Part shown: piece by piece, positions 6,944 through 18,000 of the stretch
Layout: each line of letters begins with the position of its first letter
How positions within the stretch are numbered: the stretch's first letter is position 1
DNA from: a virus
Lineage: Duplodnaviria; Caudoviricetes
Length of the DNA stretch: 50,003 nt
IMG/VR virus record: IMGVR_UViG_3300005805_000127
Span: 1 to 50,003 of that record
Direction: 5' to 3' (one strand)
Translations under genes and position numbers: made by a program
Notes under the pieces: model-generated
Seen by the model: only the letters and a program-made list of their open reading frames with translations
What the model was told of the DNA's origin: nothing
Database searches by the model: none

Positions 6944-8446
6944 ATGGCCACAGTAACATATACAATAGGAAGGGCGACATTAATCGCTGGCCAAACGCCT
7001 TCCGGAACGTTTTACATTGAGTTGATACTGCCAAGTGGTAGAAAGTTCTTTGATATTTCTACTTGGACTAGACAAACGTTTAATAATTTAATTACTAATC
7101 CCAATACTACTGATGACGATGCTGCCGCATTGCAAGCAGTATCTTCGGGTTTTGCCGAAATTGTAACATATTTAAGAGGAGAAGTTGCTAAACTTGCAAC
7201 AACTGTACCCGATGAAGGTGGAAATCCACTTAGTGATCCAGCTGGATCGGGACAACAAGATCCTGCTCCGGTAACGGATCCCGGTACAATAGAAGATCCA
7301 GACGATGATGTTATAGAAAACGAAGATCCTGAAACTATTGATGCAGACGAGGATCCAGGGGTACTTGGGTTTGAAGCCGACGGCGATAACGAAGGCATAG
7401 ACTATAACGATCCAACCACAGTTGGTGATGATGAGGCAAGTCCATATGGTTCAGATTATAGTGCTAAAGGTGAACCTGTATTAGGTGAGGATGGCACGCC
7501 CTCAGGATTTTTAAGAAACCCCGAAACAGGAGATTTATATAGGGCAGACGGAGAGCAAGTGGGCGGTTCTACTGAACCAGACTCATCCCCGGACCCAAGT
7601 TCTAGAGGATTGTTTGGTGCGCAACAAAACGTAAGAACAGAAGCCACTGCACAAGATCAATCTAATTTTGCAATGAAAGAAGATTGGCGTGTAAGATTAA
7701 GTCTTGCACCAGGGGCAAACTATCTATACAAAGCGCCAAACGTACAAGGTATATTAGCACCATTAGCCGCAACAGATGGTGTAATTTTTCCATATACTCC
7801 AAACATACAAGTAGGATATTCGGCAGCATATGATACTACATCACCAACACATAGCAATTATAAAATATTTCAATATACAAACAGCAGTGTTGACAGTGTA
7901 AGTATCACATGTGACTTTACAGCACAAGACACGTTTGAAGCAAATTATTTACTTGCAGTAATTCATTTCTTTAAAACAATAACAAAAATGTTTTATGGAC
8001 AAGATCAAAATCCAAAACCAGGTACACCTCCACCATTAGTATTTTTATATGGGTTAGGTTCATTTCAGTTCAATGCACATCCACTAGTAATCACTAATTT
8101 TAATTATAACCTGCCAAACGATGTAGACTATATACGTGCTGCGGTTACAACTACATACGCAGGTGTAAACAAGTCAGTAGAAAATCCTCGAGGCACTGAT
8201 ACTAATACGAGTGGAAACAGATTGGGAAGTGGCATATTACCCGGTGGTATAGTACCATCAACAACATTTAATACAGTCCCTGGTGGCACAGTAGAGCCAA
8301 CATACGTACCTACAAAAATGCAAATACAAATTTCAGCATTACCTGTCGTTACTAGAAACCAAATCAGTAACGCATTTAGTATTAAAGATTATGCTACTGG
8401 CAAATTATTACAAGGCACTAAACGTGCAGGCGGAGGTATTTGGTAA
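6944..8446 (+). CDS. Baseplate/tail-tube junction protein (gp48/gp54-like) with an acidic N-terminal extension
   Basis: C-terminal tail-tube-fold-like signature 'GVIFPYTPNI...THSNY...ISITCDFTAQ-like...GTPPPLVFLYGLG'; lies immediately before the gp53-like gene. Confidence 0.55.
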   Translation: MATVTYTIGRATLIAGQTPSGTFYIELILPSGRKFFDISTWTRQTFNNLITNPNTTDDDAAALQAVSSGFAEIVTYLRGEVAKLATTVPDEGGNPLSDPAGSGQQDPAPVTDPGTIEDPDDDVIENEDPETIDADEDPGVLGFEADGDNEGIDYNDPTTVGDDEASPYGSDYSAKGEPVLGEDGTPSGFLRNPETGDLYRADGEQVGGSTEPDSSPDPSSRGLFGAQQNVRTEATAQDQSNFAMKEDWRVRLSLAPGANYLYKAPNVQGILAPLAATDGVIFPYTPNIQVGYSAAYDTTSPTHSNYKIFQYTNSSVDSVSITCDFTAQDTFEANYLLAVIHFFKTITKMFYGQDQNPKPGTPPPLVFLYGLGSFQFNAHPLVITNFNYNLPNDVDYIRAAVTTTYAGVNKSVENPRGTDTNTSGNRLGSGILPGGIVPSTTFNTVPGGTVEPTYVPTKMQIQISALPVVTRNQISNAFSIKDYATGKLLQGTKRAGGGIW

Positions 8447-8760
8447 TGAGTACTAATAGCATATACCCTGCAACTAGTCCGTATAACACTACAGATATTG
8501 TAGATACAAAATATTTGGACGTAATGAATTATCGTCCAATACCTAGAAAATCTAGTGATGTTTATTATACGATCCCTGCCGTATATCAATATAGACCTGA
8601 CTTATTAGCCTATGACTTATACGGCGATTCTAAATTGTGGTGGGTGTTTGCAGAGAGAAATCCAAATAGATTAGGTAAAGATCCATACTTTGACTTTGTG
8701 GCTGGGTTAGGAATCTATATACCTACTCAAGACACATTAAAACAAGTATTGGGTATCTAA
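8446..8760 (+). CDS. Baseplate wedge protein (T4 gp53-like, LysM-type)
   Basis: 'YQYRPDLLAYDLYGDSKLWWVFAERNP'. Start moved to the ATG at 8446 (TAATG overlap with the upstream stop). Confidence 0.8.
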   Translation: MSTNSIYPATSPYNTTDIVDTKYLDVMNYRPIPRKSSDVYYTIPAVYQYRPDLLAYDLYGDSKLWWVFAERNPNRLGKDPYFDFVAGLGIYIPTQDTLKQVLGI

Positions 8761-11439
8761 ATGGCAACAACAGCCGCAGAAATATTACAATATGTAAGCC
8801 AAGCCGAAGAACTGATCAACACTGTATCAGGGCAAATTAACGGCTTTGAAACTCAATTTAACGGATTATTATCTAATCCTAGCCAACCAAACGCACTCAA
8901 TACTTTTAATACTTTAGTTACTCAACGAACAGAAGTAGCGAAAACATGGAACAACAATACCGTGTATTCGCAAATGATACAATTATATAACACTGCTCCT
9001 CAAAGTGTTAAGGATGAAGTAGAAGCACGTGTACAGTCAACAAAATCAGCCGCAGAATCTTTAGTTAAAATAGGTAGAACACAAAAATTTGAAACTATCC
9101 CTCAAACTAAAGAAGCCATTGAAAACGCTATTAAAAATAACGAAAACCAAGATGAAGAAAATGAAGATCCTGGATCAAATGAACCTGGCACAAACGCAGA
9201 GAATTTAACAGGTGAAGCAGACGAAGATAGTAGTGAAGATAGTCAACCCGATGAAAATGACAGTTCAGGCTCTACTACAGGTGAAGGTGCAGGAGGAAAT
9301 GCTGCCCGAGTAAACGGTGTAGGCGCCGCAGACCCTGCGTCAAGCCCAGGAAGAAGAATTAAAAATCCATTAGGATATTTCTCAAGTAGCACATATCAAA
9401 TTACATTGTATATGGTTACACCTGACGCATATGATGCGTTTATATTATCTGGAAGAAGAAACATACAGGCATTGCAACAAGCAGGTGGCGGCAATCAGGG
9501 TGCAGGTGCATACATTATTGCTCAAAGTGGTGGCATCAATAATACCACATCAACTAGAGCGCCTGGATTTAATTTTGATTATTATATTGATAATTTAAAA
9601 ATTGTAACAAGCACTGGCGGAAAAGAAACAGGAACAGCAACAAACGTTACCGAAATGAGTTTTACTATTGTAGAACCATATGGATTTAGTTTTATTACTA
9701 AATTAAAAAATGCAAGCAACGCAGTACAACAATATAGTAAAAAGTTAAATGGCGTACAAAACCCAAGTAAACAATTCTTTATATTAGGTATAAGATTTTT
9801 AGGTTACGATGAAAATGGTAATCTTATGACTGGTAAAGAACAATATGAAGGATTGACATTAGATGATAAAGCAAGTCCAAATGGATTGTTTGAAAACTTC
9901 TATGACATATTATTAACTAGTATTAAATTTAAAATTGATGGTCGTGCTACAACGTACAATGTTAAGGCTGCAGCCATTGCGCCAACTGTATCATTTGGTA
10001 TTAAAAGAGGTTTCTTAAACACTAATGCAAAAATACAAGGTGCTACCGTAGAAGATGCATTAGAAGGTGAAAATGGATTTATAACAAAACTCAATGCAGA
10101 CCAAGAAAATTTGTTAGCGGCAGGAAAAATAAAAGAGAAAAATAACTATAAAGTTACTTGGATAGGCGGCGGAGAAGAAATTCGTGAATCATCTATTGTT
10201 TTGCCAGAAGATTTAGACAAGTCTAAGTGGGCAACAAGTAATGCAAAAAATACAACTGAATCAAACGACAAAGAAAGTGCAACAGCAACTCCAAACAATA
10301 CTGTAAGAAATATTCAGTTTAATAGAGATAGCCCCGCACTACAGGTAATATCACAAATTATTGCACAAAGTTCTTACTTGCGTGATGCTATGCGTGTGGT
10401 TTATACATCACAGGTAGAACCAAACCCTGAAAAGAATACAGATAATCAAAACGATCCAAATACAAAGAAAACTGTAAGTTGGTATAATCTAAGTTCTGAA
10501 GTAACCAATGCACGTTGGGATACTGTTACAGGAGATTTTGCATATGATATTAATTATCTAATACAACCATATGAAACGCCTGTAATTGATAGTGCTTATG
10601 CTAATCCAGGTGTTAAGTATTATGGACCTCATAAGCGTTATGATTATTGGTACACAGGTAAGAATAGTGAAATTTTAAGTTATGAACAAAACTTAGACAA
10701 TACATATTTTAATTCTATACTTGATCCTAGTGTCGGCGCATCTAGCGGTGTTGGTAATGCAGGACCTGTTGATGTTGCTGGAGTACCTAATAGACCAACA
10801 AGTCAGAATAGACAAGGCACATTAGATAAAGGGCGTGAAGCACAGAATAATTATCTAACCAGTTTGTTTGACCCAGGTGCATATGCTACAGCAAAAATTC
10901 AAATATTGGGAGATCCTGATTTCTTAATACAAGAAAGTGCAAGTAGCATTAACGCACTATACAGTAAATTTTATGGGACAAACGGATTTACAATTAATCC
11001 AAATGGCGGTCAAGTGTTTATTGAAATTGATTTTAAAGAAGCAGTTGACTATGACACACAAAAAGGTGTATTAAGTATTAACGATAGTATATTGTTTTGG
11101 AAATATCCTGAAGATATTAGCAAACTAGTTAAGGGTGTAAGTTATATGGTTTATAAAGTAACTAGTAGTTTTGCATCAGGAAAGTTTACACAAACACTAG
11201 AATGCACCATAAATACATTTGGTGATCCAGGAAGTAAGACACAAGAAAGTGCTAACCGTCAATCAACGGGACAATCAACAGGTACTGATGCTACAACTGG
11301 AAATACAGGATTGACTAAAGATAATCCACCTGCTGACAGTAAGACAACAACAAGTGATCCAACAACTAATAATGATAATGCGCCAAGCACTAGCACAGGC
11401 GGAAGTAGCGGTGGTGATGATGATGATAGGGGTGGCTAA
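8761..11439 (+). CDS. Baseplate hub protein (gp27/gpD-like)
   Basis: Position between gp53- and gp5-like genes; C-terminal 'AKIQILGDPDFL' and 'YMVYKVTSSFASGKFTQTLEC' typical of hub proteins. Confidence 0.6.
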   Translation: MATTAAEILQYVSQAEELINTVSGQINGFETQFNGLLSNPSQPNALNTFNTLVTQRTEVAKTWNNNTVYSQMIQLYNTAPQSVKDEVEARVQSTKSAAESLVKIGRTQKFETIPQTKEAIENAIKNNENQDEENEDPGSNEPGTNAENLTGEADEDSSEDSQPDENDSSGSTTGEGAGGNAARVNGVGAADPASSPGRRIKNPLGYFSSSTYQITLYMVTPDAYDAFILSGRRNIQALQQAGGGNQGAGAYIIAQSGGINNTTSTRAPGFNFDYYIDNLKIVTSTGGKETGTATNVTEMSFTIVEPYGFSFITKLKNASNAVQQYSKKLNGVQNPSKQFFILGIRFLGYDENGNLMTGKEQYEGLTLDDKASPNGLFENFYDILLTSIKFKIDGRATTYNVKAAAIAPTVSFGIKRGFLNTNAKIQGATVEDALEGENGFITKLNADQENLLAAGKIKEKNNYKVTWIGGGEEIRESSIVLPEDLDKSKWATSNAKNTTESNDKESATATPNNTVRNIQFNRDSPALQVISQIIAQSSYLRDAMRVVYTSQVEPNPEKNTDNQNDPNTKKTVSWYNLSSEVTNARWDTVTGDFAYDINYLIQPYETPVIDSAYANPGVKYYGPHKRYDYWYTGKNSEILSYEQNLDNTYFNSILDPSVGASSGVGNAGPVDVAGVPNRPTSQNRQGTLDKGREAQNNYLTSLFDPGAYATAKIQILGDPDFLIQESASSINALYSKFYGTNGFTINPNGGQVFIEIDFKEAVDYDTQKGVLSINDSILFWKYPEDISKLVKGVSYMVYKVTSSFASGKFTQTLECTINTFGDPGSKTQESANRQSTGQSTGTDATTGNTGLTKDNPPADSKTTTSDPTTNNDNAPSTSTGGSSGGDDDDRGG

Positions 11440-14400
11440 TGGCACAAGACGTATTCAAACCTAAAGGTGCAACTAAATCAAGTCAACCTGATGCCGGCGG
11501 TGCCAACGCACGTACAGTTCCAGTATTTGGTATTGTAAAAGATAATATTGATCCTACACGCAGTGGTAGGTTGCAAGTTTATATTAGTGACTTTGGTGGT
11601 GATGATCCAGATAACAGAGACAACTGGATATCAGTAAGTTATATGACTCCGTTCTTTGGATATACACAACCTGATGCTAACGAAACAGGATTTGGTACAT
11701 ACAAAGATAACCCAAGCAGTTATGGTATGTGGTTTGCTCAACCAGATATAGGTACGCAAGTCATATGTATATTCATCAACGGTGATGTTAATTATGGATT
11801 TTGGATAGGGTGTGTACCTAAACCAGATGCACTGACAATGGTTCCTGCCATTGGTGCAACAGACAATATCGTTCCTAATCAAGGTGAAGCACAAAGTTAC
11901 GGTGGCGCCGTAAGATTGCCGGTATCGAACATTAATACAAACAATGAAGAAATGGCAGACAGCAATGATTATATCAATGCTGCCAAACCTGTTCATAGTT
12001 ATGTTGCAGGCATAATGAGTCAACAAGGTATTATTCGTGATCCTGTACGCGGTCCTATATCAAGTAGTGCGCAACGTGAAACACCTAGTAGAGTTGGTTG
12101 GGGTGTAAGCACTCCGGGTAGACCTATATATGAAGGTGGCTTTGATGATGAAACATTAGCACAAAACTTAGAAGATGGCAACCCACAATCATTAAGAGTT
12201 GTTGCACGTAGAGGTGGACATAGCATCGTTATGGACGATGGCGACATTATTGGTCGTGATCAACTTATCCGAATTAGAACAGCACTTGGTCATCAAATAT
12301 TAATGAGTGATGATGGTCAAACATTAATGGTTCTTCATAGTAATGGACAGAGTTATATTGAATTAGGTAAAGAAGGTACTGTAGATATCTATAGCACTAA
12401 CTCAATTAATTTAAGAACACAGGGCGATTTAAATTTACACGCAGATAATAACGTTAATATTCATGCTACTAAAGATTTGAATATACAAGGTGAGAATATT
12501 AACATTAATACTGAAAAGGACATGAATGTACGTAATGGCGTAAACTACAAGCATTATACTTTAAGTGATTATACTGTTAAAGTTGATGCAGCCATGAGTA
12601 TGGAATCAGGTGGTGATAGTTCATTTGTAAGTAAGAATATAACTTACATTAATGGAGAAAAGATTAATCTGAACACAGGCGCAACATCAACTATACCAAA
12701 AGAAGTTGATCCTATACCAATCGTTGCCCATACTGATACATTGTTTGACGATGTAAAAGGTTTTGCCGCATGCCCTGGCAAGTTATTAAGCATTGTAACA
12801 CGTGCCCCTGCACATACACCTTGGGCAAACGCTGGACAGGGTGTTGATGTTAAAGCAGACTTAAGTGCAAAAGGCAACTTACCTGCAAATCCAAGTCCAG
12901 CACAAGCCGCAGTTAATCAATCTTCAGCCGCAGTTGCTGGAACACCAGTATCAGTGGCAACAACTGTGTCTATGCCGGCAACTACAGCAGTAAGTGGAGC
13001 GTTAGATAAGAATACTACTAGCGCAGTGTTAGGAACTATGGCAAAGAATGCAGCCACTGGACCATTAGCAGCCGCCGCCGCACAAGGAGCAGCCATTGTT
13101 CAACAGGGCGCAACTAAAGTGGCAGCAGTTGGTGCATTTGCTCAAACCCCAACACAGATGATGACCGCAGGCGTATTAAAGCCCGGTTCAGATAAACTTG
13201 TTCAAAGTTTAGTAAACAGTGGAGCAAACATAACACAGTCTATGCCAGCATCGTTGTTCACTGGACAAAAGGGCGCAGAGAATCTCTCAAACTATATTAA
13301 TAACACTACTGCACAAGCAACTGCGCAAGTAGCCAATTTACAAAAGGCTCAAAGTGCATTAACTGCATCAGGTGCTATAACTGGTAAGGAAAGTGCAGGA
13401 CAACTTGCAGGTCTAGTAATGGCAGGCGCAACAACGGGTGTAGCATCAACATTAAGTGCGTTAACGTCAGGTGGGACAGGACCATTGGGTTCTACAGGAT
13501 TAGCAACATTGCAATCAATCGGTGCAGGTAATCTTGCGGCAAGTGTAGCACAAAATGTGACAGGTGGTTTAGGTGGTATATCTAAAGCACTGGGTGCAAT
13601 GAGTTCTGCCCCAGGCTTGTCCGGATTACTAGATAGTGCTAAAGGTGTAGCCGGATCAGCATTCAGTGCCATTACAGGATCATTTAAGCCTATGACTGCT
13701 GGTATACCTCAAAACTTAACTGAGTTGGCTAAAAAATCCGCAGAACAGGTAGCAGGAGCATCTGGCTTAACCGGTACTTCCGCGGGAGCATTAGCAGGGG
13801 TATTAACTCAAGGTGCTAGTGCAGTAACAGGAGCCGCAAGTTCATTGACCGGCGCCGCATCAGCATTAACAAGTGGTGGAACAGGCGTAGCCGCCTTAGG
13901 AGCAGCAGCCAAATCATTAGCAGTAGGTGGGATAGCATCTAGTGCTTCATCGTTAGCAAGCGGTTTGAGTAATCTACCCGGCGGGCAAAAGACTGTTCAA
14001 GCAGTAGTAAACAATGCGGCTAATGCAGTAAATTCATTACCGGGTACTGATGCTATAGGCAGTTTGGCAAAGCAGGCTGCTACTGCGGCATTAAACAAAT
14101 TACCATTGCCTACACTGCCTAGCGGATTAAATGCTTTAACTAACTTAGCAACGTCTGGATTGGCAGCAGGAGCGGCTGCACAATTAACTTCAGCGATATC
14201 TGCATTAAGTTCAGGTGGTTCCGTATCAATCAAACTACCTACTGTGGGCTTTAACACTACAGACCGCACAGGATTAACAGCACAAATTGCTAGCGTGTTC
14301 GGCGATCCTAAGATTCCTAAACCAAACCTTGTCGGAGAAATTAGTGAAGGTGCCAAATCCGCTGCACAACAACAAATAGATAAGGCTAAGGAAGAAATAA

Positions 14401-14582
14401 AAACTGCACAAGAATTAAATGCCTTCCTTGATAGAATTAGAGCCGCTAGAGAAGAATTCTATGCTGCCAAACGTGATTTACCGCAGGGTGATCCCGGTAT
14501 TGCGGCAGCACGTGATAAATGGTTAGCATTGACAGAAGATGCGACCTACTTAGACCTTAGGAAGAAATTGGGGATTGCATAA
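11439..14582 (+). CDS. Baseplate central spike (gp5/VgrG-like OB-fold plus beta-helix) with a long Ala/Gly-rich C-terminus
   Basis: 'GIVKDNIDPTRSGRLQVYI', 'SYGMWFAQPDIGTQVICIF', 'RGGHSIVMDDG', 'RTALGHQILMSD', and beta-helix repeats 'GDLNLHADNNVNIHA'. Confidence 0.8.
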   Translation: MAQDVFKPKGATKSSQPDAGGANARTVPVFGIVKDNIDPTRSGRLQVYISDFGGDDPDNRDNWISVSYMTPFFGYTQPDANETGFGTYKDNPSSYGMWFAQPDIGTQVICIFINGDVNYGFWIGCVPKPDALTMVPAIGATDNIVPNQGEAQSYGGAVRLPVSNINTNNEEMADSNDYINAAKPVHSYVAGIMSQQGIIRDPVRGPISSSAQRETPSRVGWGVSTPGRPIYEGGFDDETLAQNLEDGNPQSLRVVARRGGHSIVMDDGDIIGRDQLIRIRTALGHQILMSDDGQTLMVLHSNGQSYIELGKEGTVDIYSTNSINLRTQGDLNLHADNNVNIHATKDLNIQGENININTEKDMNVRNGVNYKHYTLSDYTVKVDAAMSMESGGDSSFVSKNITYINGEKINLNTGATSTIPKEVDPIPIVAHTDTLFDDVKGFAACPGKLLSIVTRAPAHTPWANAGQGVDVKADLSAKGNLPANPSPAQAAVNQSSAAVAGTPVSVATTVSMPATTAVSGALDKNTTSAVLGTMAKNAATGPLAAAAAQGAAIVQQGATKVAAVGAFAQTPTQMMTAGVLKPGSDKLVQSLVNSGANITQSMPASLFTGQKGAENLSNYINNTTAQATAQVANLQKAQSALTASGAITGKESAGQLAGLVMAGATTGVASTLSALTSGGTGPLGSTGLATLQSIGAGNLAASVAQNVTGGLGGISKALGAMSSAPGLSGLLDSAKGVAGSAFSAITGSFKPMTAGIPQNLTELAKKSAEQVAGASGLTGTSAGALAGVLTQGASAVTGAASSLTGAASALTSGGTGVAALGAAAKSLAVGGIASSASSLASGLSNLPGGQKTVQAVVNNAANAVNSLPGTDAIGSLAKQAATAALNKLPLPTLPSGLNALTNLATSGLAAGAAAQLTSAISALSSGGSVSIKLPTVGFNTTDRTGLTAQIASVFGDPKIPKPNLVGEISEGAKSAAQQQIDKAKEEIKTAQELNAFLDRIRAAREEFYAAKRDLPQGDPGIAAARDKWLALTEDATYLDLRKKLGIA

Positions 14583-14585
14583 ATA
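14578..14585 (+). promoter_or_regulatory. Late promoter candidate CATAAATA
   Basis: Octamer 5 nt upstream of the ATG at 14591. Confidence 0.5.
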
Positions 14586-14590
14586 ATGTT

Positions 14591-15049
14591 ATGGCAAACT
14601 ATATCGGTTTCAGTACAATTAACGCAGATAAACCTAGAATCACCAACCCTATAAATAATTTGGGTCGTGACTATGGATCTGCCAGCATCACTCGTCCATA
14701 TGTATTTGGAAAAAAGTATAAGTTAACTGACAGTCAATTAGTGATTCAAGACTTTGTTAATGCACTGAACATACATCAAGGACAAAAAGTTGGACAACCT
14801 GCTTATGGAACCACTCTTTGGTCATTTGTTTTTGAGCCAAACACAGCCGACGTACAGTTTCAATTAGAAAATGAGATACGTAGAGTTGCTAGTTTAGACC
14901 CTAGAATAGAATTAAACTACGTTAAAGCGTTCCCACAAGAAAATGGAATACTATTAGAAGTAGAAATGGCTGTTAATCCATTCAATTCAGCAACCACATT
15001 AAGTCTGTTTTTCGACAACAGAACGAACACCGCCTCGCTTCAACAATAA
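14591..15049 (+). CDS. Baseplate wedge / sheath initiator (T4 gp25-like)
   Basis: 'LVIQDFVNALNIHQGQKVGQPAYGTTLWSFVFEP...IRRVASLDPRIEL' matches the GPW/gp25 pattern. Confidence 0.85.
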   Translation: MANYIGFSTINADKPRITNPINNLGRDYGSASITRPYVFGKKYKLTDSQLVIQDFVNALNIHQGQKVGQPAYGTTLWSFVFEPNTADVQFQLENEIRRVASLDPRIELNYVKAFPQENGILLEVEMAVNPFNSATTLSLFFDNRTNTASLQQ

Positions 15050-15070
15050 CAAATCCACTTTTTTAGGTAT

Positions 15071-15078
15071 GATAAATA
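15071..15078 (+). promoter_or_regulatory. Late promoter candidate GATAAATA
   Basis: Octamer in the short intergenic gap before the gp6-like gene. Confidence 0.65.
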
Positions 15079-15095
15079 CTTAAAAGAGATTAACT

Positions 15096-18000
15096 ATGGC
15101 GACAAGTTCAAGACAATCAGGATTGTTTGGCGTAAACGATTGGAAGGCCATCTACCAAACCTTTCGTGAAGCCGATTTTAGAAGTTACGATTATGAAACA
15201 TTACGTAAAAGTTTCATCGATTATCTACGACTCTACTATCCTGAGACCTTTAACGACTACATTGAGAGTTCAGAATTTATTGCCCTATTAGACGTTATGG
15301 CGTTTATGGGTCAAGGTCTTGCGTTCCGTAATGACTTAAACGCACGTGAAAACTTTATTGATACTGCTGAACGTAGAGATAGCGTTATTAAACTTGCAGA
15401 CTTAGTAAGTTATACCCCAAAGCGTAACCTTGCAGGACAGGGTTATCTTAAAGTAACAAGCATACAAACTTCACAGAATATTACCGATATCAATGGTGTA
15501 AACCTAAGTAATATTCCTATACTTTGGAACGATCCTGCTAACCCGAATTGGTTAGAACAGTTCAATACAATCATCAACGCTACACTTATTAATACGCAAC
15601 GTGTTGGTAAACCCGGTAACGTAGCAGATTTGTTGGGTGTAACTACAAGCGAATATACAATTCAGATTCCACAGGGCACATTGCCGATTGTACCATTCAA
15701 TAGTTCAGTTGATGGACAAAATATGAATTTTGAATTAGTTAGTGTAACCAGTGTAGATGAGGATTACATCTATGAGATTCCTCCTGCACCAAGTCAAAGA
15801 TTCAATATACTATATCGTAACGACAAATTAGGATATGGTAGCCCCGAAACAGGTTGGTTCTTCTACTTCAAGCAAGGCTCATTACAAGCCGCAGACTTTA
15901 AGTTAGAACAACAGATTGCTAACCAAACTGTAGATATAGATATTCAAGGTATTAACAATACTGATACATGGTTGTATCAATTAAACGAAAACAACGGTGA
16001 TAGATTATTATGGCGTAAAGTTGATAACGTTTACGCTGATGCGTATCTACAAACTGAAACATCATTCAAAAAGATTTTCAGTGTTAACTCACGTTTCAAT
16101 GACCAAGTAACATATGTATTTGGTGATGGCGTGTTTAGTGAAATCCCAGTTGGACAGTTCAGAGCATATGTACGTGCAGGTAATGCATTAACATATACGA
16201 TTGATCCTAGCGAAATGCAAGGAATTTCAGTAACATTTACATATATTAATCGTAATGGTAAAACAGAGAATTTAACTGTAGGATTAGAATTACCATTAGC
16301 AGTTTCAAACGCACAGCAAAGAGAGCCTATACAAGAAATTAAACAACGTGCTCCTACTCGCTATTATACACAGAATCGTATGGTTAATGGTGAAGATTAT
16401 AACAACTTCCCATATACATTATACAGTTCTATTATTAAGAGTAAGGCGATAAATCGTAGCAGTATAGGTGTTAGCAAGAACTTAGACTTACTTGATCCAA
16501 CAGGAAAGTACAGTAGCACTAATGTTTTTGGCGATGATGGTGCATTATATCAAAACAATACTGATAGTTATTTGACGTTGTTTATTACAAACGTTAACGA
16601 TATTCGTGCGTTCTTAACCTCATCATTAGCAAATGCGTTAACTAGCAATAAAGCCGCACAATATTACATACAAAATTATCCAAGATACAATGTCAATACA
16701 GCATCAGGTGATGGGGTCGTATATTGGCAAACAAGCACAGTAGATGCTAATAGTGAGTCTGGATACTTTTACAATGTAAGCGGTTCACAAAACGTACCTA
16801 TTCCATTAGGTATATATTCAAACAAGAATGCAAAGTATGTAACAACCGGCGCATTATGTAAATTTACTGCACCTACTGGTTACTACTTTGATGTTAACAA
16901 TCGTTTGGTGCCCGGCATTCCCGGCCCAACTGACAGAACATATATTTGGTCTACTGTATTGAACGTTGTGGGTGATGGTTATAATAATGGTGATGGCGCC
17001 TTCCCTAATGGTACAGGACCTGTAACATTAAATGGATATGTCCCAACAGGAGCAATATTAACACAGATTATACCAGTATTCGACAATTCCTTATCACAAG
17101 AAGTTATTGATGAATGTGTGGTAAGAATGGAATTAGCACAAGACTTTACGTTAGTGTTTAATAATTCATTACCTATTAATCAAGAACGTTGGACAATCAA
17201 TCCATACACAGAAACTAATTACTTTGTTAAGTTTACTAGCGTAGGTGCTAATAGATATACTGTAAGTTATCGCTCATTGACATATTATTTTGGTAGCGTG
17301 TCAGATACACGATTTACATTATCACCTAACGAATTAGTGTATGATCCATTCAGTGGTAAAATCTTACAAGATTTCGTAAGTGTACTTTCTACAAACAATC
17401 AACCTAATTCAAGTTATCCATTTGGAAGAGATATCAAAGTTAATATTTTAGGTCAAACTGTAGAGAGTGATGGATACATCAATGACTTCCAAGTTGAAGT
17501 TGCTGCCACAGACGTTAACAATAGAACACTAATCTTAAATCCTGATTTCTTTAATGAAGTTACAGGATATACTAACGGCGGCGCCAATATCGGAGTCTAT
17601 GTGTTCTTTGAGATTATAGAAGATGCTATTAACTTGACTAGAGAGCAGATTGTTCCTTCAAGTGATGTAGTTTATATCTACGCTAACAAAACACAGATTG
17701 AAGTTGTAAAATATGATTATCCCGAAGGACAATTGTTCTACGCATATAGCGACAACGTATTTTACAAATCATTACAAGATAACACAATCAATACACCATA
17801 TTATGTGTTGACTCCTCAACCACAATATAGTGTAAAGCCTGGTCGTCAAGGGTTAAGTTTCCAATATCGTCACAATAGCAACAATACAACTCGTATTGAC
17901 CCAACAACTACAAACATTATTGACTTGTATGTTGTAACACAAAGTTATTATACAGCATATCAAAATTGGATACAAGATACAACCAACACAGTAGTAGAGC

